From Octopus vulgaris (taxonomy: Eukaryota): DNA of 64,000 bases. The first letter of the stretch is position 1. Each line of letters opens with the position of its first letter. Below are positions 54,675-64,000 of the stretch, piece by piece. The stretch is from positions 120,156,001 to 120,220,000 of the forward strand of contig OX597820.1 of the NCBI GenBank assembly GCA_951406725.2, read 5' to 3'. The notes under the pieces are model-generated. The model was given only the letters and a program-made list of their open reading frames with translations. It made no database searches and had not been told where the DNA came from. The position numbers and the translations under genes were made by a program.

Positions 54675-55620
54675 TATTAGGTTTTTCACATGAAATGCCA
54701 TATTTGAAAGGTAACAATAAAATGCGCCAGAAGTGTTAAAGAACTGCTTCATTTAATCAAAGTATGATCCATGATCATTTATGACGTTTTCCCATCGTTT
54801 CTGTTTGTCATATATTCCATCATAAACTGTGATAAACTGTCCGAATCTTTCAATTAACTCTTCTCTATTTAAGACTGTTTTATTGTTTATGATAAGTTCA
54901 ATATGCTGCTTCAATAAGTGATGATCAGTAGGAGAGATATCGGTGGTATAGGGAGGACGTTGCAAAATCTCATAATCCAGGCTTTGCAGCTTTTGGACCG
55001 TAGCTTGTGGAGTGTGAGGACGTGCATTGTCGTGGAGCAAAATTGGGCCATCTCTATTTACTAGTCTGGGTTGCTTCTTTTTAAAATTTTCATGGATACA
55101 ATCAATTTCCTGGCAATACGATGTTGCTGTTACCATTTTTCCTTGTTGCAAAAATGAATAATGAATAATTCCCTTTGCAGACCACCATACAACGACCACT
55201 AACGTTTGAGGGTGCAGTGGTGGGTTTGGGTAATGTATAGCTGACTCTCCTGCATCTAATCACTTTCCTGTTGTCCTGCTGCTGTCAAAGAGTATCCATT
55301 TTTCTCAGATATAGAGAGAGAGGATAGTAACACTACTATTTCATCAAATATTTTTTTATTTCTTGTAATCCGTGAATGTATCGATGTGATACAAACGGTT
55401 GTACTGGTAATAACGGTTTTAGTGAGAGATGAAGTGGAGTAGGGTACTGGAGCCAATATTGCTAATATTTGTCAGATGATCATTGTTTTGGTGCAAATTG
55501 AATTATATTTCTTTGGCAATTTTGTCAGAATTTGGATGGAACTGTCGATGATACTGAACTGGTAATCATTGTTTTCTTTTTCGTATCATTCATAGTTTTA
55601 ATAATGAAGATAATATTTGT
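54675..55620 (-). mobile_element. Decayed mariner transposon (DD34D-type catalytic region)
   Basis: ORF 54753-55199: VWWSAKGIIHYSFL..ILLHDNARPH..YEILQRPPYTTDISPTDHHL..RWENVINDHGSYFD. TIR-like TATTAGGTT at 54675; upstream limit approximate. Confidence 0.85.
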
Positions 55621-55899
55621 GGTTCAGATGCTGGCAACGCTAATGTATTTGTTAGAGTGTAGTAGCTGAAGAATTACGGAATACAACAGAAAGATTTGAA
55701 TGTGAATTAGTGCCCCTCAAAAATCCTTGCCCCAGGCCAGGTGACAAGTTTACAGTTGATCCCTGAATATATACATCAAATATAAAAAGAAATAAATGTA
55801 AAACTATTACCAAATGCATCTTCTCTAAAAACTATTGTTAACAAACACACACATATACAAACATAGCACACAAGCACACATCCATACAATATACGTACA

Positions 55900-55935
<36 letters not shown>

Positions 55936-56030
55936 TGTATGTATGTTTGTATGTATCTATGTATCTATTTATCTTTCTATGTATGTATATATATATGTAT
56001 ATATATATATACATATATATATACACATAC

Positions 56031-56089
<59 letters not shown>

Positions 56090-56202
56090 CATATATATAT
56101 ATATATATTTTTATAACATTAAATTTAGGGTAAAAATTGATATTTATCAATTAGAACCAGTGGTCTAGCATATTAAAGAAAGAATCCGAAGATTAAAATA
56201 TT

Positions 56203-56394
56203 TATATATACCAATTAAGGACTGAACACGAAAAAGTGGACAGTCACCATGCTAGATATAGACGTCAAATCGCCATTCTCCACAAAAAGTCTATGTTCTC
56301 AGATCTGAGAACATAGACTTTTTGTGGAGAATGGCGATTTGACGTCTATATCTAGCATGTTGACTGTCCACTTTTTCGTGTTCAGTCCTTAATT

Positions 56395-56404
<10 letters not shown>
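56203..56404. repeat. Near-perfect spacerless palindrome (101-bp arms, one mismatch)
   Basis: Centre AGA|TCT at 56303/56304; the single mismatch is 56247 C vs 56360 T. Confidence 0.95.
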
Positions 56405-56452
<48 letters not shown>

Positions 56453-56829
56453 TATGTATATACACACATGTATATATATATATAAATATGTATATACACA
56501 TATATATATGTATATAACCTGTGCTCACTAACTCCACTTTCTCCAACAATGAGGAACTGCCGATCAAATGAAGAATTTAGATTTCAGAGATTTAACATAG
56601 GAAATCAAATTACAAGTTAACTTTATTTAGACGAAATGAAATATTACAATCATCTCTCCTTGGATCGAAGCTTAATTTAGTGACAATGATTAAAAATAAG
56701 GTTTATATAAGACTATATTACATAAATCTAGATATACTAAGCCGATAGACTATGCGTTCAGAATACGTAACTTTATCAACATAGATGGAGTGTTTGTACA
56801 ATTCATTTATAAAATATATATTAAGATTG

Positions 56830-57245
56830 TCACATGGAATTGCTGTGTGGTAAGTAGCTTGCTTACCAACCACATAGTTCCGGGTTCAGTCCCACTGTGT
56901 GGCACCTTGGGCAAGTGTCTTCTGCTTCAGCCTCGGGCCGACCAAAGCCTTGTGAGTGGATTTGGTAGACGGAAACTGAAAGAAGCTTGTCGTATATGTG
57001 TACATATATGTATGTGTGTGTGTGTATGTTTGTGTGACTGTGTTTGTCCCCTCAACATCGCTTGACAACCGATGCTGGTGTGGTTATGTCTCTGAAACTT
57101 AGCGGTTCGGTAAAAGAGCCCGATAGAATAAGTACCAGGCTTACAAAGAATAAGTCATGGGGTTGATTTGCTCGACTAAAGGCGGTGCTCCAGAATGGCC
57201 ACAGTCAAATGACTGAAACAAGTAAAAGAAAAAGAAAAAGAAAAA
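56830..57245 (+). mobile_element. SINE family 2, diverged
   Basis: Homologous to 26384-26796; an older inverted 5' half lies at about 57350-57505. Confidence 0.85.
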
Positions 57246-57689
57246 ATATGCACACACACACGCACCACACACATACACACGCACACACACAAATACGCAC
57301 ACACACGCGTATACACACATACACAGACACACACACACACATATATACATGCACGACAAACTACTACCAGTTTCCGTCTTCAAAATCAACTCACATTGGT
57401 CGACACGAGACTATATTAGAAAAAAATTTGCCGGAGGTGACAGGCAGTGGGATTGAACCCGGATCTTTGCAGTTGTGATACAAACCTCCCGACACACATC
57501 CACACCAGCCAACCCATCGCCATACTGTCTATTAAGTCTTAACTACCCGAAAGTCCGAAGTCACTACTAATAATATTGTTGTTAATGAAAATAAGTTTGT
57601 ACTCTACATAATTATGGAGTAAAACTTCAGTTTAAAGCAAAAACTGTTTTCATTATAAATGAGCATAATAACAAATATTAATATAAAGA

Positions 57690-58260
57690 CCCTATGCAGA
57701 ATTCATGGCGAATAGGTTTATCAGTGTTCTGCAACTTCAGAACTGATTGCAGCTTGGATGGCGGGAACTGCAGCCGTCTCTTGAAGACGCGCCAAACTGT
57801 TGTTGATGGGAGCTGGAGTTCTTCATTGGCCATTCTGACTGATTTCTTGGAACTGAGCTGGAAGGCTTGCTGAACTTGTTCTGCCGAAGTTGAGGGACGT
57901 CCTGTTCTTTCTGCGGGGCACAAATACGCCTACTTTTTAAATTTTGCATGCCAATTGTAAATGGAACTTTTAACTAATACCTCCTTTGTAAAATTTGTAC
58001 AAACTCGCGTTGAACACGTGTTCATGATTCAGTTTTAGCGTATTCGAGTACACAAAATGACTTCCTTGTTTTGTGAATAAAACTACTGGATCTGAAAAGA
58101 GACAAAAAAATTTAATTTAATTAACTAAATGAAAATTAAATTAACAGGAGAAAACTTGAGACATTTAGTTTTAAAATGGTACCAGTCCAATCATGCTACC
58201 ATTTGTAGTTCATGACATAAGTGTTCTTTGAATGTAACAGACTTTTCAAACACCTTCGGT
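57690..58260 (-). mobile_element. Tc1/mariner-superfamily remnant (N-terminal DNA-binding region)
   Basis: FCVLEYAKTES..VQREF and RTGRPSTS..QAFQLSSKKSVR..LQLPSTTVWRVFKRRL..KLQ..D..RHEFC. Confidence 0.75.
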
Positions 58261-58674
58261 ATGTGCATATATATGATAAAGAGATAAATGGATTAGAAAT
58301 GAATCACAATCCATTACAAGCTATGAACCCATTGGGCTTCATGCGACTCTTGGAAGTGTAATGTGCTATTCTTAGCTACAATAGCAACAACATGAATTTC
58401 TTCCATCATCTTGGTCTGTTAAAACATCTGAGAAAAATTATATAAATGTGTCCAACTAGTTAAAATACTATTTATTTATTTGTGCTGCCGATGATTGTAT
58501 TGCATTTAAAAATATGTAATTATTGTATTGTTCAATTAAATGGGGGCCCCTTGAAACGGTCGTACTGCATCACCAATTGATACGGTGTTGCTTATTTTGA
58601 TTTTACTTACCATACTTCGAGCTGTGCTTGGTGCTTCAACTTAAATATTTAATTAAACTGAATCTCAATTATTT

Positions 58675-58712
<38 letters not shown>

Positions 58713-58714
<2 letters not shown>

Positions 58715-60610
58715 CCTTCTTTCATTACGCGAAAGAAACAGCCTCAGTGCACTACAAGATAGGACCCCCTCCTCCAAAAGGATGGCTCCCTCACAGACAG
58801 TCCAACTAAGATCAGTGAGATACTGAATGACCAGTTCAAAGGTATCTTTACAACCCCGTTGGAAGACAGACAAGTGAATGAACTAGTGGACTTCTTTGCC
58901 GCCTCACCTATAACCAGCGAGGCCGTTACAATAGACCACATTGACATTAGGGAAGATGTACTACTAGCCATAGATGAAGTGGACACAAACTCAACTGCTG
59001 GTCCTGATGGTTTCCCAGCAATCCTACTCAAATCGTGTAAACATGCCCTGGCAAAACCTCTCCAGATTCTCTTCCAGAGCTTTCTTACAAATGGCAAACT
59101 GCCAAGCAAGCTGAAGGAGGGAATAATATGCCCAATACATAAAGGGGGAAGTAGAGCAGATGCCAAAAACTATAGGCCTATCTCTCTGACTTCACACATC
59201 AGCAAAGTCATGGAACGGATAATCAGAGAGAAACTAATCGCATTCTTTGAAAAAAATAACTTGGTTTTCGACCAGGTAGGAGCTGCCTGACCCAGTTCTT
59301 ACAACATTATGACTAGGTGTTGAGGCAGTTACTCAACAAATCACATGTGGATGTAATATGCCTTGGTTTTGCAAAAGCTTTTGACAAGGTGGATCATGGT
59401 ATGATATGCCACAAACTGTGTGACCTCGGCATAGCTAGAAAACTTGGAGTGTGGTTACTTGACTTCCTGAAAGATAGGAGTCAGGCAGTAGTGGCTAAAA
59501 GAGCCACCTCTATGAACACACAAATAGTGAGTGGTGTTCCACAGGGCACTGTCTTGGGACCACTGCATTTTATGGTGGCCCTTTCAGATATGCCCTCAAA
59601 TGCCCGGCTAACCACTCTGGCATTCTATGCAGATGATACGAAAGTCTCACAGAAAATACAGAACCCCAGCCATGTTGCACACCTGCAGCAGGATTTGGAC
59701 TCAATTTACAGATGCGCTGAGGATAATAATATGCAGTTTAATGCTGAAAAATTCCAGGCCCTGCGCTACCAGCATCCAAAACTGAATATTAAACCTACAG
59801 AGTACACCGGTCCACAGGGAATTTCAATCCCAGAGCCTAATTCAGTTAGGGACCTGGGTATCGACATGATTTATGATACCTCTTTCCAAGTGCACCTTAC
59901 CAGGATGGCGACAAAGTGCAGACGACTGGCTGGATGGATCCTAAGAACATTCAGAACCAGAGATAAGGAAACCATGATGGTCCTCTGGCGGATATTCGTC
60001 CTCAGCCGCCTGGATTACTGCTCACAGTGTGAGATTAACCCACCAGTGTGAGATTAACAGCGGACCTTGAAGCAATCCAGAGAAGATTCACAAAGAAGAT
60101 CGTCTCTTTGCAACAGCTCAGCTACTGGGAAAGGTTGAAACAGCTAAGACTCTACTCCCTGGAGAGAAGACGGGAGAGGTATGCAGTAATATATATCTGG
60201 AAGATCCTGGAAGGAATTGTTCCAAACTTTGGCATTTAAAGCTACACCAATGCCAGAACGGGACGACACTGCATGGTGTCAAAGATCCCAGCAATGCCAT
60301 CACGCTTCAGCACCAGTTACTGTAACAGTCTGGGTTTCAAGGGCCCACAACTTTTTTATATTCCCCCAAAAATCTGAGGAACTTGTACACAGTAGATGTA
60401 GGGGTTTTTAAATCAAAGCTGGACCTCTTCCTGTCGAGAGTCCCAGATGAGCCTACCTCACGGCAAGAGATGCAAACGAGGGTAGCTATATCAAGGTCCA
60501 TTCTTCATCAAGTGTCACATATTAGACGAGGCTCCTAGTAATAACAGTGTCGCGCAAAACGGCGGTGCATCAGCATGGCCGCAGCTCTGAGCTGAAACTT
60601 AAATTAAAAT
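58713..60610 (+). mobile_element. 5'-truncated CR1/L2-group LINE, RT with stops and frameshifts, intact 3' end
   Basis: AGPDG, NYRPISLTSHISKVMER, FAKAFDKVDH, SGVPQGTVLGP, YADDTK, RDLGI, SRLDYCS and LYSLERRRER; microsatellites on both flanks. Confidence 0.92.
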
Positions 60611-60673
<63 letters not shown>

Positions 60674-60702
60674 TACATACATATATATATAAATATATAC
60701 AT

Positions 60703-60734
<32 letters not shown>

Positions 60735-60798
60735 GCATATATATACATACATATATATTATTATACATACATATATAGATAGATTGATAGATAGACAA

Positions 60799-60839
<41 letters not shown>

Positions 60840-62432
60840 AGGATGGATATTGATATAGATAGATATACATATGTAAATATGTAAACACATGTCCGCACAC
60901 ACATATACTTGCATACACGCACATTCACATCTCACACACACACATATGTATGAGTTCTTTAAGCAAATTGAAATGTAACACAGGGATTCGTATGACTTTA
61001 GCTATTGATGGCTAAAATATTTTAAAGTGCATTATAGCAATAAATTTAGAGAGTTGCGATGTGATGACTTCTATGCCTCTCCTGATCGATGAATTCTCTT
61101 CAACCAGTAAAGGGCTCAGCAATCTGCTTGACGAGTTCGCTAGCTTTCAACTAAAAATAAATAAATAAATGGATAAATAAATAAATACGTAAATAAATAT
61201 ATTATTTTGTTGGCGTTAGTTTTATTAATAACGGAATTCATTCGGCTACGTTTATTATAGAGGATAACGCCATTTGTTGTTTTTTGTATTGTACTCTTAT
61301 CGCCGTTGTTTAATTTCTTTTGTTTTCTTTTGTGGTATTTGTATTTTGTAATGATATTGCCTTTATTATTATCATTATCGTTATAATTATAATTGTTTTT
61401 CGAAATCGATATTTGTTGAAGGTGGTGTTTGTATAAACTCCTATGCAGAATAATCAAAACCATAGAAACAAAATTGTAAAAAAGGACGAGCATTAACGAG
61501 TTCCTTTTGTTGGAACATTCTATATAACATCGCTACTACTCAATGACAAACACGTCTGTGTAGATTTTCAACGCTTAAGCATTATTTTATATTTGTTTAT
61601 TTACACTCGATTTTGTTTTGCCCGGCCATTAATTTATTCAGCAGCATTCCTTTGATCTTTATGGCTCATTAAAAGCCCTCCTCACTTTCCTCAAACAATG
61701 CACCACGTCACCCTAGCAAATGTAGAAATGATATACGCTTTTTAGTGCATTGTTTGAAGTATGAAAAGTACGCATGAAAACGCTCACGACGCCTTACCTT
61801 ACAGACTAGACCTAAACTGTTGCATTTACATAAAAACAATGAAACTATTTTCCTTCCCTTTGTATCAGCTTTTATTTTAGGAAACTAACCAATCAAACAA
61901 CACGCTAGGCATTCCGTTGCAATCAACAGTTAACATTAACAGAAAGTTCTACTGCAATACTACAAAGTGAACTAGGATTCTTCGAAGCATTAATGTAGGT
62001 TTTGTACAGTATTTTTATATAAAACATCTTGAAAAATTCATTGATTTGCATTCCATCACAATTCCTAATTAGAGGACCATTTTTCTATGTGTATAGACAT
62101 TCTTCCTTATCTTTCTTCATCTTAGCTTCCATCTCTTCATACATACACGATTTCATACTCACACAGGCATACACTAACAAAAATTACTGATTTCAAATTT
62201 TGGCACAACGTCAGCAATTTCGATGGAGGTGGTGTGTCAATTACATCGACCTCTGTACGCAACGGTTACTGTTGTTATCGACCCGGAAAGAAAAAAAGAC
62301 AAAGTCGATTCCAGCGTTACTTGAACTCACCCTAAGGAAGAATATAGAATGGGAAATGATGCATCTTTACGTGTCCGTAATCAGGAATGAGATTGATTGT
62401 TCGACTTCATTGTGATATCTTTATCCTTAGCC

Positions 62433-62813
62433 TTACTCTTTTACTCTTTTACTTGTTTCAGTCATTTGACTGCGGCCATGCTGGAGCACCGCCTTTTTAG
62501 TCGAGCAAATTGACCCCGGGACTTATATATACCGAACCGCTAAGTGACGGGGATGTAAACACACCAGCATCGGTTGTCAAGCAATGCTAGAGGACAAACA
62601 CACACACACAAACACACACATATACACACATACATATATATACATATATACGACAGGCTTCTTTCAGTTTCCGTCTACCAAATCCACTCACAAGGCTTTG
62701 GTCGGCCCGGGGCTATAGCAGAAGACACTTGCCCAAGATTCCACGCTGTGGGACTGAACCGAGAACCATGTGGTTGGTAAGCAAGCTACTTACCACATAG
62801 CCACCCCTGCGCC
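62433..62813 (-). mobile_element. SINE family 2 with an internal deletion
   Basis: Reverse complement of 26384-26796, lacking the CAAAAGAGACCGATAG..ACAAAG segment. Confidence 0.9.
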
Positions 62814-63679
62814 TCTGTGCTCATTAAGTCACATGTTTCTAACAGATCTTCGTATCGCGGTTGAATATTCTTTTCTCATATATCACCTGAAATCAAAATT
62901 AAGTAAAACTCAATTATTATGAAGATTGATGGTAAAACTTTTCAAAGTACGACGTTTGCTTCCTAAAAGGCTAAATATACAAATGCAACAATGGAATCGT
63001 TTGAAAAAAATATAATATTGACTACATTAATGCAAAAATATCAGTCGTGTAAAATCTGTGTAGCTTGCAATTAACCGAATCTAAGACATGGTCAATCAGT
63101 ACCTGACTAGGAGCATCAAATCTTTTAACTTTGTTTCATCTTCTCGTTCCACGAACGTATCGTCGTTACAAGGAACATGAGTGAGAAACAAATAAAATTC
63201 CTTTTCCAATCTACAGAAAGGAAACAACTCTATATTATTTAAACACGATAATAAGCAACATAGTTTTTATATACAACACAAAATAATTTCCAGAAAATGT
63301 ATCTTGCAAAACAAAAATATTTAGGTTCATCTTTCTAATCGGAATTAGAAACCCACCAAAATGGAAGATCCTCATAAGGGCAGTTGGTCTACTAGAAATG
63401 CCAGCAAAATCTTCCCTTATATAACACTCTTCAATTAAAATATGGTAGAGATTATATCATATTAGACTCAGATTTCTTTTAACAATTGAGATTATCGTAT
63501 TTTCAGCATGAACACTCATATATTAACTTGATTCATATCGATCAACGTCTAAACCAGTTGTTCGAAACGGAGATCTATATGACCCTTTGGGGTCCCTCTA
63601 AGATTTTGTTAAAATTCATTTGCACTGTCTAAGATGCGCAAAGAATTTTTAGCAATTTTTTATAGAGATGCTAATAATA

Positions 63680-64000
63680 TCTATATATATAAAACTGTAG
63701 TTGTGTGAGTGTCTGTCCCCTTCGATTTAGATTCCTAACTACTCCCACATTTTGCGGTGCAGTTTAACCAAAACCGGATATCTTATAGTCGTGATTAATA
63801 TCAAGCCCGTCTGGCTATTAGCGCGCGTCTACGATGAGTCTACGATTTTAAAAATAATTTAACATCATTTTTTATTCCATTTTAATGCATAATTTTTCGT
63901 GTGTCGATGGCGGCGGAGTTGGCGTCCATGGTCACACCTGCACCTGTGTTTGCTTCTCCCCCTTCTTCCCTCCCTCGTGAAGCTGTGGGGAAGGGAGTGT
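63680..64000 (+). mobile_element. Non-autonomous Helitron 5' part (runs off the window)
   Basis: TCTATATATATAAAA start; about 200 bp homologous to 27644-27845, then diverges. Confidence 0.7.

Overview
AT-rich, microsatellite-saturated eukaryotic DNA with no confidently identifiable host gene. The mix of (TA)n/(CA)n/(TAA)n tracts, tRNA-derived SINEs and LINE remnants looks like a coleoid cephalopod, probably Octopus (inference). Most of the ORF track is microsatellite artefact. The real coding signal is all transposon-derived: an R4/Dong-like RLE LINE in a (TAA)n tract, two CR1/L2-group LINEs, two Penelope-like (GIY-YIG) remnants and two Tc1/mariner remnants. Non-coding elements include several SINE families with target-site duplications, a TIR MITE and non-autonomous Helitrons. 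The main finding is a near-homogeneous tandem array at 51446-54583 of six 492-493 bp units plus a partial unit. Each full unit carries a complete type I hammerhead ribozyme with an unusually long stem II. The array is embedded in (TA)n and has a 74-bp inversion at its 5' end, making it a candidate retrozyme or circular-RNA locus. About 15 further intact or decayed hammerhead motifs from several families are dispersed through the window, mostly beside (TA)n tracts, in fold-back structures or next to Penelope remnants. All structures were paired by eye; nothing was computed or searched.
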